Origin: Piedraia hortae CBS 480.64
Lineage: Eukaryota
Direction of reading: 5' to 3'
DNA length: 57,802 nucleotides
Assembly: GCA_010093745.1 (NCBI GenBank)
Contig: MU005989.1
Coordinates: 126,776 to 184,577, forward strand
Part shown: positions 1-10,448 of the stretch, in pieces
How positions within the stretch are numbered: position 1 is the stretch's first letter
Layout: each line of letters begins with the position of its first letter
Made by a program: the position numbers and the translations under genes
The notes under the pieces: generated by a model
What the model was told of the DNA's origin: nothing
The model's input: the letters and a program-made list of their open reading frames with translations, nothing else
Databases searched by the model: none

Positions 1-809
1 GTTTCCTTCAAGGACAAGGGCCCTGTGTGTTCGGCCAGCCCATATACGTGTTCGTAGCCGGGAAAGTCGATATCTAAGGCTACCGATTCTGGCCCCCGCG
101 GCTTCGTGTCGGTATTGCCACCAAAAGACTCTTCCCACCAAGTACTCTCGTCTCCGCCCTCTGAAGCAGGCTCCTCATCTTCCTTGCCTTTCGGCTTATC
201 TACTTTGGGCCTCCAATGCTCGACATTCAACAAGCCACGCCCGTTGAACCGGATCTGCGTCTGGCCGTTCCTCCGAAAGTCGATTGCGAACGGCTCATGT
301 CTGATGAATGCTTCAAAAGAGTTCCCTGGACCATAGACGAGTCTCGTGGTGCCCCGTTCCGTCCCTTCACTCGTTGTTGCACTCTTGCTGACCGTCGTGC
401 CGCCAACAATGGCCCATTTCTCTGCCTCATTATACCTCTCCTTCCTTGCCTTACTGCCATGGCGTAGCGTGATTTCACCCTTCTGTCGCTCTTCTTCGTC
501 AATCGTCACGCGCGCCGAGCCTGAGTCGTAAAAAGTAACCGTCAGCGGTAACCGTTTAGCCCCGTCTTTTCCGATCTTCTTGATCACTGTACCGGTCAAG
601 ATTCCGCGACCGAATGAGATGCTCTGCGCGTCCAACGTGTAGGGCGACTCCCAGCTGGCGGTTCCGTGGGCGGTATCGGCATACGCACGGTTGCGTCTGC
701 AGAAGCCGCTCTGGCTACACACTTTGAAATTTTCATACTTGACGCCCAAGACCGAGATGGCCAGGGCCAACAGCAATAGCAGGACGGGCCAAACGTGACG
801 GTGCGTCAT
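1..809 (-). CDS. ROT2: Glucosidase II alpha subunit (GH31), 5' part; runs off the window
   Basis: Manual translation from ATG 809: signal peptide MTHRHVWPVLLLLLALAISVLG, then VKYENFKVCSQSGFCRRNRAYAD, ITLRHGSKARKERYNEAEKWA and WWEESFGGNTDTKPRGPESVALDIDFPGYEHVYGLAEH. Absent from the ORF track because there is no stop in the window. Confidence 0.93.
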   Translation of the reverse strand, partial: MTHRHVWPVLLLLLALAISVLGVKYENFKVCSQSGFCRRNRAYADTAHGTASWESPYTLDAQSISFGRGILTGTVIKKIGKDGAKRLPLTVTFYDSGSARVTIDEEERQKGEITLRHGSKARKERYNEAEKWAIVGGTTVSKSATTSEGTERGTTRLVYGPGNSFEAFIRHEPFAIDFRRNGQTQIRFNGRGLLNVEHWRPKVDKPKGKEDEEPASEGGDESTWWEESFGGNTDTKPRGPESVALDIDFPGYEHVYGLAEHTGPLSLKE

Positions 810-987
810 GCCTTGAACGAGGTGACGTCTGGTCTTGGCGCACGCAACAGGCAGCCCCACTTCCTCCCTGACTTGCAAAATGTCTTCCCCTTTAGAGAAT
901 CCCCCCCCAATTCTTGACAAAGTCGGTCCGAAAGATCGTGCTCGCCTGACCCAGATAATCAAAGAGGCTCGCAAGGAAGAAGCTGCC

Positions 988-1570
988 ATGGCCGAACAGA
1001 CCTTTATTGCCGTCAAGCCCGACGGAGTACAGGTAGGGTCGTCTGCTACTCGCAGCTGTCATGCTGACTCGAACAGCGTGGGATCGTTGGCGACATCATC
1101 AGCCGCTTTGAGAAGAAGGGCTACAAGCTCGTTGCCATCAAGATGGTTGTCCCCACCAAGGAGCACTTGGAGAAGCACTACGCCGATCTCAGTGACAAGC
1201 CCTTTTTCAAGGGTCTTGTTGAATGTACGCTTTGTGACCTTACTGGAAGATATAGCTAACACGATAAGATATGTCCAGCGGACCAGTTTGCGCCATGGTC
1301 TGGGAGGGCCGCGAGGTTGTCAAGGTTGGCCGTCTCATCCTTGGTGCTACCAACCCGCTGCAGTCTGCCCCGGGAACCATCCGATTTGACTATGCCATTG
1401 TAAGTCACTGATGGCCTCCAAGATGCATCTAACAGTTACAGGATGTTGGTCGCAATGTCTGCCACGGCTCGGATGGGGTTGAGTCGGCCAAGAAGGAGAT
1501 TGACCTCTGGTTTGACAAGGAGGTGCAGAGCTGGAAGCAGGCCGACCACGAGTGGATCTACGAGAAATAG
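988..1570 (+). CDS. NDK1: Nucleoside diphosphate kinase, 4 exons (988-1032, 1077-1224, 1269-1399, 1442-1570); possible upstream in-frame ATG at 880
   Basis: Spliced translation [28 protein letters not shown]...[14 protein letters not shown]...[11 protein letters not shown] with the catalytic His. GT-AG introns with CTGAC/CTAAC branch sites. Confidence 0.96.
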
Positions 1571-2332
1571 ATTCGCCGTTGGAGTACATAACGTAGACGA
1601 ATGTTGACCCAGCTTGCAAAATTTGCTCCACCATAAGTTTCCAGCGTATCCTAGCCTCGAATGGGAGGACAAGGACAATGCCCTCTACGGCATAACCCGT
1701 TTGGACGCACCCTTAGATCCGCATCCACTCATCAACTATGTTTGCATGTAGTACGCACCACATTGATTGGCGAACATGAGAACAAACATTATCTATCTTG
1801 GTACGAGTGTTTGAACCAAACGTAAAATAAGTAATAACAGACAATCATACTTCTGCGCGAGCTTGTTAGAACCGGTTACTCGAAAGGCATCTGTGGAGCA
1901 AGAATGGAACTGGTGTACACAGGCACAAGGCGATAACTGCGATAACGTACCTACGTCCATCGCGAAACAACTGGTGCGACAAGTCTTTAATTTTGGATTG
2001 ATATTGATATCATTCACGTCCAATTTGTCATCCCAATGCTGGAACACAGCCTTGCTGTATGACAGGCTCTACGTATATCGCATGATTCAAGTCATGTTTT
2101 CGCCGTCTTTTTCCAACCCTGAAACAACAGAGGATCACATCTTCTGCCATATGCCATCATCTCCCAAATAAGAGCTGCACTTTCGACTGTCAAGTCCTGC
2201 AGCACGCACGAGCCCGTACGGCCCGACCCGAAACTGAATCAAAACCAAAACCAGGCTGGCTGAAGATCCTGCCCAACGAGCTGAGCCAACAAGCAAATAT
2301 ATCTTCCATCACCCTATCTCCTACGGGCAGAT

Positions 2333-2707
2333 ATGTACTTCACCGAAATTTTCTCACCCCACATGGAAGCGTACCAACGAGACGCAGGACAGCGGGATGA
2401 AGACGCGAGGAAGTGTGAAGCGGGGGCTATCCAGCCACAGAAGAAGTCCTGCGAGCCTCCGCCGTTCACGCAATTCAATCAGTCCAACACTTCGGCAATT
2501 TTTGAGCGGCTGTTTCGAGGGTTTGAGAATAACAATAAGATCGCGGGCGCGATCGATACCACTATCAGCGAGCAGAGAAAGAGGGACTATGAAGCCGCGG
2601 AGAAAATGAAGGATGCTGATATTGTGGGTCTTTCCTGATTCAACTTCTGTGGTGAGAATACTAATTCGTGCTTCCTGCAGTATTCACACTGGGTACGACC
2701 GTTCTAA
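2333..2707 (+). CDS. Hypothetical small protein, possible intron 2624-2680
   Basis: 101-aa ORF with ordinary protein composition. A GTGGGT...CTAAT...CAG intron would add YSHWVRPF*. No recognised domain. Confidence 0.35.
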
Positions 2708-2850
2708 GATTGAGGAGTTGATCTATCGCCTAGTTTGATAGTTTTAGCGTGGAGTGGATCTGGAATGGAGTAATGCATTGGGTTATGACATCGCTAGAGG
2801 GGACAAGCCTGCAGGAAAGATACCTATGTACATAAAATCTGGGAATTGTA

Positions 2851-4215
2851 TGTTAACTTTTTCCCGCGCGCTCGTTGCGTTCTATGCAAGGGGTGCATGC
2901 ATGCGTCGCCGATCAACTCTTTATTCACTTGCAGGTTCTTTGGCTATTCTCGTCCCAGCATCGGCAGTGCCGATACTCTGGGCTGGCCAATCAGCATACG
3001 AATTGACTGGTATTCGGAAATAGAAAGCTTCGGTTGCAGAACACACACAGAATGACAGAATACAAATTTCAGTTGCAATCATCAATCCACGCCAGGACCG
3101 TCCGTTCCGCTCAACGACTTCTCCAACCAAAGCAGTCCAGGCGGGATACCCGATATACGTTTCCCCCCCCCTCCCCAAACGAATCTCTCCCTACATACGC
3201 CTCACGAACAGAAGATAAATGCAGCGAGCAATAGCGCGACTCTCTTCGCGACACCGCCTTGCCGCCATAAGTCTCTACCGCGCCCTCCTCTCTCAAAGTA
3301 AAGTCCTCCCACCAGACCTCACCGCACCAGCGAAGCGGATCGTACAGAACAAATTCCGCGATGCGCGTTTCTGGAACGGCTCACAAAGACTGCACCTACA
3401 TTTCGCTGCGGGCTATGAGGCGCTCGATCTTCTCGACAACTACCCTCGTGGGGAAGAAAGAGTGAGGAAGTTGATTGACAATGCGGTGGACTTTATCAAG
3501 GAGCCTAGACGGAGGCCAACACGGCAGATCAAGCGAGGGAGGAAGCCCCTGGCGAGGGAACATCTTCAAGCAAACGATACGCCTAGACAACCCTCGCTTG
3601 GCGATGAGCCGACAGATACGGCGAGACCGCGCGCCAAATGCGACGGCCGTTCTGGTTCTTCAAACGTGTCCATATTCGCCCGTCCACTGCCCTTAAGCCA
3701 CCTTTCCGGCCGCCGACGCGTACCGGTTCTCTACTCCGCACAACGCATCCCCGTGCTCCGGTTGAGTCCCCATCAGCCTGCCGCCATATCAAAGATGATA
3801 CGGGACCGTCTTGCGAAACGACAACGCTCGATCGATACGCGGGATAAATTGGCCGAAGAGGAGTATGTAGCAAGACTGGAAGATCAGTGGGATAAGCTCT
3901 TGATGCGGGTTGGGGCTACGAGGGAGGGCGGTCCCAAGGTGAGTTGGGCTGATGCCATTGTTGATGCGAGAAAGGAGAACATGGAGAAACATAGGCTAGA
4001 TGCCGAGGACAGGAGGGAGGTTGCTGGGCGGATGGAAGATGTTGTTAGGAGGGAGCGGGAGTTGTATGAATGGGAGGAGAAGAGAAAGAGGCTAAGAATT
4101 GAGAGCAGGAAAGGATTCAGTATGGATAAGGAAGGATGGGGGATTTTTGGTTGAGGTACTAGGGACTTTGTTGGGTGCTATATACGGATTGCTAGGTTGG
4201 GAAAGATGGGATCTA
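2851..4215 (+). repeat. Left arm of ~1.37 kb inverted duplication (partner 23977-25342)
   Basis: Reverse complement of 23977-25342 aligns from TGTTAACTTTTT to GGGATCTA. The ORF track shows identical translations in several frames. Confidence 0.98.
3219..4154 (+). CDS. LYR-motif (Complex1_LYR-like) protein, copy 1, probably mitochondrial
   Basis: 311 aa; N-terminal RHRLAAISLYRALL...KFR...AGYEAL LYR signature, basic N-terminus, C-terminal coiled coil. Confidence 0.8.
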   Translation: MQRAIARLSSRHRLAAISLYRALLSQSKVLPPDLTAPAKRIVQNKFRDARFWNGSQRLHLHFAAGYEALDLLDNYPRGEERVRKLIDNAVDFIKEPRRRPTRQIKRGRKPLAREHLQANDTPRQPSLGDEPTDTARPRAKCDGRSGSSNVSIFARPLPLSHLSGRRRVPVLYSAQRIPVLRLSPHQPAAISKMIRDRLAKRQRSIDTRDKLAEEEYVARLEDQWDKLLMRVGATREGGPKVSWADAIVDARKENMEKHRLDAEDRREVAGRMEDVVRRERELYEWEEKRKRLRIESRKGFSMDKEGWGIFG

Positions 4216-5458
4216 CAGTCAAAGCAGGATGTAGCGGACACTAATTATAGCGGGCACTGAATATAGCGGGTACTGGATTCAGCGAATTCCTTCTTATAGC
4301 AGGTTTCAGTAAACCCAATTTTCTCTTGTCTGAAGTCTGCCGCTTGCGAAAGGGTTGTTGAGACCGGGTCCGTCTCCGAGTAAAGGGGATGATGGTATGA
4401 CAGGATTTGAGGACAAAGTCCTCTTATGTATTTAGTCAGAAGGGTTTCCTCCCAGAACATCATTAATCTAGAAATGTTCACTTTGCACTCTACCGGGGTA
4501 TGAGTTCTTTCCTCCCCCTCTGACATCTCTCTACAGACCTGTAGATATCTGGATACAGCGGATCCTTGACACAGCGGACAGAATTCCCACGCCAGACCAA
4601 TCCGCTACCACCAGGTTTGACTGTGGCCACGGAAATAAGATATGTGTCTTGCTTGCACCACAACGTCGCCGTTATGACCAGACTCCACAGCGAGATGGGG
4701 AGAGAAAGAGGCGAGGCGACGATCGACGATGGGCTTAGAGTTTGATTGGAAGAAGGATCACAGCTTACTGATGACGTGGTGATCAACCATGTAGTATAAC
4801 GCCCGCCAATCTGACACATACTATAACGTTGCGTTCTAGATCTGCCAAGACCTACACCGAAGCATCGGTGACGGTCGAGGGGCCCAGGCATGCATGTTCG
4901 GTAGGGATGTGGTTTTAAGGACTCTGACACACTGGGAATCATACAGGAGAGCGGACAAGGATCGGAAGAGTGGAGGATCTGGGCTGTCCGAGGACTCCCA
5001 AGAACATGTCGTTCAACCAATTACGAAACAACTATCATAAGATATCAATGTAGGACCGGTAGTATCGGTCTCACATTGGACGTCACTTTCAAGCTTCCTG
5101 AGGAGCAGCCGGGGGTCGCAGATGCTCCAGGCTCTCCAGTGAATAGTCAAGAAGTTGTACAGTCCTTCGAGATCGCATACAATGAATCAACAGCTATCTG
5201 CCTTGTGTGTGACGAGCCAATCAACACGCAAGGCAGCTAATTGGTGGGGCGGGTTAGTGGCCAATCACGGCGCAAAGCGGCCATGCCGGGACCAAGCCGC
5301 ACTTCAGGCTGGCCAAAAAGCTATGAATACCCCTCATAAAGAGGTGCATTTGTACGCAAAAATTATACGAGAGCCATCTCATTCCAGTGTAAATTCTGCA
5401 GGTAAATTCATTCCGTCATGCACAATCGACAGCCTCCCGTAGCTAAGCTAGTGTAATG

Positions 5459-7108
5459 CTAACAGAGGACTTTTCTCCCGCCCTTCGGTTCCTTAAAGAC
5501 ACTATGTTCCACAGTTATGCCCTGAGATCTTGCCCAATCGACCGCATCCCGCCTCACATGGGTACACTCTCGCAGAATTATGTGCCTGACGTGACCTGAC
5601 CGGACCAAAGCTCTTACAGACACACCTGTGATGGCCGAGCGACTAAAGTCGACTATACGGAGATTTGTAAGTCTGCTCAATATCACTCCTACACTGTCAT
5701 CGTCGGCTCGTGGGATGCTTTCATAAGAAAGATGGCATAGGCTTCGTAGTCGATGGTGCGAGAATACGCGATCCTCGTCGACCCGGAATGTACGGAGAAC
5801 CAGAGAGGATAGTGGTGTTGAAGAAATTTGGTTATTTGGCAAATCCAGAAAAAGCGGCAGAGAAGCATTGGCTGGTACGGGCGAGTCTAGATCCAGTTCC
5901 TCGAGGTGCGGCAAATGCAATTCGTTACTATCCGTGAAATTCGGGAAAGCATTGGTCATGGTCAACTTTTTGATGGTAGTAGGCAACTTAAGACGCTTTC
6001 CACAGCCTGTAAGGTTCTTCAGTTCAAGGGTCTTCAGATTGGCTAGTCCTGATAGATCGACATCGCGTGCCAGAAGCCTGGATTGGAATGTACAATTTTG
6101 ATGGATCACAGACAAGTGCTCTAAGGCAGGAAGGCTTCCCACGGTCTCAAGGAAAAGGGCTTCGTTAGGGCAATCGAGCAGCGTTAGACTAAGGGCTCGA
6201 AGATTTGGAAACCAAGCTGCGAAACCGGGACCAGCACTTCGAAAACCCAATCCAAGCGTACATTCCAAAACCTCCAGCTTTGACAATAGGCTGACCATTT
6301 TTCCAAGGTCAGAGCAGCCGACTTCAATTGATGAGGCGATTCGAAAAGATCGGAGAGCGGTTGCCTGGTTGAGCGATTGAGCTACTGTGGCCGTCAGCCG
6401 ATCACTGAACATGCCGAGCAAGGTGATCGACCGCAGCGAGGGCAGTCTAGTCAGTGCTTGAAGTGCTTTCTCGGGGTCGTACAAGTTGCCCAGCGTTGCC
6501 TCGATCATGGTACCGCGCGCTGAGTTGATGGCACGACTGATGAAGCTGCTACGAACCTTTCGCTTTGCTTCGGAAAGATCCAAGTGCCTCCAGAGCATTG
6601 GAGTGCCATGTATGAAGTTCGCCCACTGCTTGGAAACGAAGCGTACCTTTACTACTTGTTTGAAGCTTAGACGTGCGAAGATGGACGCAACCAGCTCGAC
6701 AGGGAGAACAGATAGAGGATCGATTTTTTTGGCGTGTACGAGCACCGACTCCAACCCGTCATGAGCGTTACGTAGACGTTCATATCCCTGGCCGACGAGT
6801 TTGATGCTGCGCAGGCCATGAGTATAGACTTCGAGCGCCACCTTTGGCTTTCCCATTTTATGAAGGACATGGCCAGCACGAATGTAGCCAGTTGCATCAT
6901 CACGACGGAGCTGAATTGCTGCTTTGGCATCCTTTAGCGAGGCCGCAAGATTGTTCAGTTTCTCATGGCAGGCGGCGCGCTGGTCTAATAGCCGCACGGT
7001 TGCACCTCGATCAATTGCTCGGTCGAAATGATGCAATGCCTTTCGGAAATCTTTGCTCTTGTAGTATGCACGGCCATTGCGTTCATGGTGATCCTGAATG
7101 CTGCTCAT
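5459..7108 (-). CDS. DIA2: TPR + F-box + LRR protein (Dia2/Pof3 family SCF substrate adaptor)
   Basis: N-terminal TPRs (KALHHFDRAI...DATGYIRAG), F-box (DPLSVLPVELVASIFARLSFKQVVKVRFVSKQW), C-terminal LRRs. Confidence 0.85.
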   Translation of the reverse strand: MSSIQDHHERNGRAYYKSKDFRKALHHFDRAIDRGATVRLLDQRAACHEKLNNLAASLKDAKAAIQLRRDDATGYIRAGHVLHKMGKPKVALEVYTHGLRSIKLVGQGYERLRNAHDGLESVLVHAKKIDPLSVLPVELVASIFARLSFKQVVKVRFVSKQWANFIHGTPMLWRHLDLSEAKRKVRSSFISRAINSARGTMIEATLGNLYDPEKALQALTRLPSLRSITLLGMFSDRLTATVAQSLNQATALRSFRIASSIEVGCSDLGKMVSLLSKLEVLECTLGLGFRSAGPGFAAWFPNLRALSLTLLDCPNEALFLETVGSLPALEHLSVIHQNCTFQSRLLARDVDLSGLANLKTLELKNLTGCGKRLKLPTTIKKLTMTNAFPNFTDSNELHLPHLEELDLDSPVPANASLPLFLDLPNNQISSTPLSSLVLRTFRVDEDRVFSHHRLRSLCHLSYESIPRADDDSVGVILSRLTNLRIVDFSRSAITGVSVRALVRSGHVRHIILRECTHVRRDAVDWARSQGITVEHSVFKEPKGGRKVLC

Positions 7109-7162
7109 GGTGGAAGAAGTGCGAGGTTGCGACCTACTTCAAATGCGAGATTGCGCATTAAT

Positions 7163-7250
7163 GCGACGCGTCGACGCCGTTAGAGAGGCTAGCGCGACGC
7201 GGGGTAAAGTGGGCCTCTACCTTGATGGTAGCTCTAACCCTAAAGGGTTA
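7163..7250. promoter_or_regulatory. Divergent DIA2/TAF6 promoter with MCB-like (ACGCGT/ACGCG) sites and a TAACCCT-AA-AGGGTTA palindrome
   Basis: GCGACGCGTCG near 7163, GCGCGACGCG near 7192, telobox-like inverted pair at 7235-7250, all in a ~190 bp intergenic gap. Confidence 0.45.
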
Positions 7251-7295
7251 CCGTTCTCCGCACCAGCGGAACCCAGAACAACCGCAATCAACACC

Positions 7296-8627
7296 ATGTC
7301 AGTCTGGAACCCCGAAAACGTGATCGATGCCGCGGAAACCATTGGAATTTCGTCGCTAGACTCTAACGTGCAAGACCATCTCGCGCGCGATGTGGAATTT
7401 CGCATCAGCCAGGTGCTCATTGCCGCCATCAAGTTCATGCGCCATGCCAAGCGAACGACATTGACCACTCAGGATGTATCTCAGGCATTGAGGCTGTTGG
7501 GCGTCGAGCCGCTGTATGGGTACGAGTCGACGCGGCCGCTGAAGTTTGGCGAGGCGTCGATTGGCCCGGGCCAACCGCTGTTCTACATTGAGGACGAAGA
7601 GATGGACTTTGAGAAACTCATCAACGCACCGCTGCCCAAGGTTCCGAGGGAAATTGGCTTTACGGGACATTGGCTGGCGCTGGAAGGAGTGCAGCCCAGC
7701 ATTCCGCAAAACCCAACACGGGATCCGGGACAGGAGACTGTGTCCAAAGGTCACGGCACAAAGGCGACGCTGGCAGCTCTCAGCGGACAGGACAACGTTG
7801 CCGTCAAGCCACTGGTCAAGCATGTGCTGTCTAAAGAACTACAGCTCTACTTTGAGCGCGTGTGCACGGCTCTGTTGGACGAGAGTAACGACGAATTCCG
7901 CCTCGCCGCGCTGTCGTCGTTGCAGACCGACCCGGGAATCCACCAACTGGTGCCGTATTTTGTGCAGTTTATCGCTGACAAAGTCACGCACAACCTCAAG
8001 AACATCCAGACGCTGATAAAGTGCATGCAGATGGTGTATGCACTGCTGAAAAACGAGCACATGATGCTCTCGCCCTACGCGCCTGCCATCGTGCCGTCCG
8101 TTCTGACCTGTGCGATTGGCAAGCGGCTGGGCGGGCCCAACGACCACATTATGCAGGAGCTGGAGCTGCGAAAGTACGCGGCCGACCTACTGGGCTGCAT
8201 TGCGCAAAAGTACGGTACCGGCTCCTCTACATTGAAGCCGCGCATCGCCCGTTCGTGTATGAAGAACCTGCTGGACCGCACAAAGCCGTTGGGCACACAC
8301 TACGGCGCCATTCTCGGCCTGCAGGCGATGGCGGGCGCCACGGGTGTGCGGATGATCATCTTGCCGAGTCTTCCCACATATGATCTTCATCTCGGTGAAG
8401 CTCTACAAGACGAAGCAAGGAGCGAACAGGCAGGGTACGTAGTAGACGCGCTGCTGGAAGCGCTACAGAAGCTGGAGAAGGAGGCAATGGGCCTCGGCGT
8501 CAACGGATACACCGAGGAACAAGTGGCTGAACGTTTAAATGCACGCGTGGGCAGAGTGCTGGCCAGCCGCATTCAGGCGCTGGAGCGGCCACGACTGGTA
8601 GAGGCGGTGCTGGAGGAGCCCATGTAA
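7296..8627 (+). CDS. TAF6: TFIID/SAGA subunit TAF6
   Basis: MSVWNPENV start, histone fold (LARDVEFRI...KFMRHAKRTTLTTQDV), VEPLYGY, HWLALEGVQPSIPQNP, KHVLSKELQLYF, DPGIHQLVPYF. Confidence 0.96.
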   Translation: MSVWNPENVIDAAETIGISSLDSNVQDHLARDVEFRISQVLIAAIKFMRHAKRTTLTTQDVSQALRLLGVEPLYGYESTRPLKFGEASIGPGQPLFYIEDEEMDFEKLINAPLPKVPREIGFTGHWLALEGVQPSIPQNPTRDPGQETVSKGHGTKATLAALSGQDNVAVKPLVKHVLSKELQLYFERVCTALLDESNDEFRLAALSSLQTDPGIHQLVPYFVQFIADKVTHNLKNIQTLIKCMQMVYALLKNEHMMLSPYAPAIVPSVLTCAIGKRLGGPNDHIMQELELRKYAADLLGCIAQKYGTGSSTLKPRIARSCMKNLLDRTKPLGTHYGAILGLQAMAGATGVRMIILPSLPTYDLHLGEALQDEARSEQAGYVVDALLEALQKLEKEAMGLGVNGYTEEQVAERLNARVGRVLASRIQALERPRLVEAVLEEPM

Positions 8628-8651
8628 AGTCATCCGTGCGTTGTGTTCCTT

Positions 8652-8686
8652 CCCCCCCCCCCCCCCCCCCTCCCCCCAAAAAAAAA
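8652..8686. repeat. C19-T-C6-A9 homopolymer tract
   Basis: Directly visible in the 88-bp gap between TAF6 and the next gene. Confidence 0.9.
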
Positions 8687-8715
8687 CAACACCGTCAAGC
8701 GCAAACACGCGCACA

Positions 8716-10350
8716 ATGGCCACGCCGCAGCGCTATCGGTCGCAGCGGCGCGCACAAGAGGCCGAAGACGCGCTGTCTAGGTCGCGTTCGCGATCGCGCT
8801 ACCACCGCGCCGAGGCGCGTCCTTCCACCGCGCCTTCCCCGTCCCCGTCGCGCCCCGTCGCGCTGCCTGGCCCACAGCCCACCGGTGATCTGTTTCCGCC
8901 TCCGCGACCGCCGCCGCCGCGCGACGGCCCGCCGACGTCAGACCAAATACGCGCCACCGCCAGCGTTGTGCAGCTCGTGCCCGAAGACGAGCACCGCGGC
9001 TGCTTTGGCCTGTTCAGGCGCAGGCGTGGCCGGCCGACAGCCCAAGAAAAGGACAGCCGGCGCTCACCGGTACAGACACGGACGGTTCTGAGCGATGCGC
9101 CGCACTCGGCGGTCAATGGCGGAGAGCGCGTGATTAGCGTCGAGTACGGTCGCGAGAGCGTCCTTCTTCCCGTCACGGCAACGACGACTCCGACCGACCT
9201 CATCCGGCTAGCGGCAGAGCGGCTTCAAGCCGTCAACATCCGCTCTGCCGTTCTACTCGAGCATTTTCGCAGCGTTGGCGTGCAGCGACCGTTGCGACGC
9301 TACGAACGGATCCGTGACGTGATGAACAGCTGGGACGGCGACTCGTCCAATGCGCTGATTCTCGTCGACCCCGGCGTCGGACGGTCTGAGGCGGAGCTGG
9401 GCCTGGCCGGTGTTCCCCGTCTCCGGCCGTCCCAGGATCTGACTTGGGTACTGTCGTACTCGCAGCAGGTTGGCAAGTGGGACAAGCGAGTTGTAACGCT
9501 GAAATCAGACGGCCAGATCACGGTTGGTCGAGACGGCGGAGCTGCGCAGAACGTGTGCCATCTCAGCGACTTCGACATTTACTCTCCTACAGCCGACAAG
9601 GTGAAGCGCAAGATCCGGCCGCCGAAGCGCATCTGCTACGCCATCAAGTCGCAGGAACGTGCAAGCGTCTTTGAAAGCACGCGGCTGTTTGTGCACTTTT
9701 TCTGCACCAACGATCGCCTCGTTGGTGATGAGTTTTATGCCGCCGTGCAGGGCTGGAGGTCGTGGTATCTCGCACAGCAGGTCAAGACGTCACGGCCTCC
9801 AGCTCCGGCAGCTCCTGTAATCCCAACGGTCGCTGGAGGATTCACCAAAAGTGCCAGTCAGTTCGACACTACGGCTTCACCTGAGCGGCGACTTGGGTCC
9901 ACGAGGAACCATCAGGCCGCCGTTCTGACCGAGGACGAGCCACTGGGCAATTTCCAGCGAAGCCTCTCTGTGCGGGCGCAGTCTCTCAAAGGATCGGTGT
10001 CCGAAAGCGAGCGTCAGCGATCACAATCCACGCCGCGGCGGACGAATAACACAACATCCCTCTCACGCACGTCGTCTCAACGTGCAAATACCCTCACTCA
10101 GACCGTCTCCAACACAACGTCCCGTCGGGGCGCCAGCCGAACCGATCCAACCCGGACGGCTTCGACGCGTTCGACCAGACCCCCGTCGCCGCTGGTAGAT
10201 CTAACTCCTACATACCGCGAGCCACCGCAACACGTTAAAAAGGGACGACCCGTAGCTCCCGCAAAGAACGGCGCAGCTCTGATTCTGTCCGCCACATCTC
10301 CTGATGACCCGATTGGCGTTCCGGGGCTGGATGTTAGAGGAAGGAGGTGA
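8716..10350 (+). CDS. Fungal protein with RA/ubiquitin-like plus PH-like domains and low-complexity ends
   Basis: ATG 8716 in the 569-aa ORF; VLLPVTATTTPTDLI...LLEHF...VQRPLRRYERIRDVMNSW (RA-like), then KWDKRVVTL...CHLSDFDIY...HFFCTND...VQGWRSWYL (PH-like). Confidence 0.75.
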   Translation: MATPQRYRSQRRAQEAEDALSRSRSRSRYHRAEARPSTAPSPSPSRPVALPGPQPTGDLFPPPRPPPPRDGPPTSDQIRATASVVQLVPEDEHRGCFGLFRRRRGRPTAQEKDSRRSPVQTRTVLSDAPHSAVNGGERVISVEYGRESVLLPVTATTTPTDLIRLAAERLQAVNIRSAVLLEHFRSVGVQRPLRRYERIRDVMNSWDGDSSNALILVDPGVGRSEAELGLAGVPRLRPSQDLTWVLSYSQQVGKWDKRVVTLKSDGQITVGRDGGAAQNVCHLSDFDIYSPTADKVKRKIRPPKRICYAIKSQERASVFESTRLFVHFFCTNDRLVGDEFYAAVQGWRSWYLAQQVKTSRPPAPAAPVIPTVAGGFTKSASQFDTTASPERRLGSTRNHQAAVLTEDEPLGNFQRSLSVRAQSLKGSVSESERQRSQSTPRRTNNTTSLSRTSSQRANTLTQTVSNTTSRRGASRTDPTRTASTRSTRPPSPLVDLTPTYREPPQHVKKGRPVAPAKNGAALILSATSPDDPIGVPGLDVRGRR

Positions 10351-10448
10351 TTCGATGTATTCCATCATGTCTTCAACATGCCTTTCATAGAAAAAAATCT
10401 TTCCACACTGTTCCTTCCCAATCAGGTTTGCCGAAAGGCACAACAACA

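Noticed and set aside
7098..7295. N-terminal extension of TAF6 overlapping the DIA2 start
   Set aside because: Homology begins at MSVWNPENV (7296); the upstream part is the shared promoter
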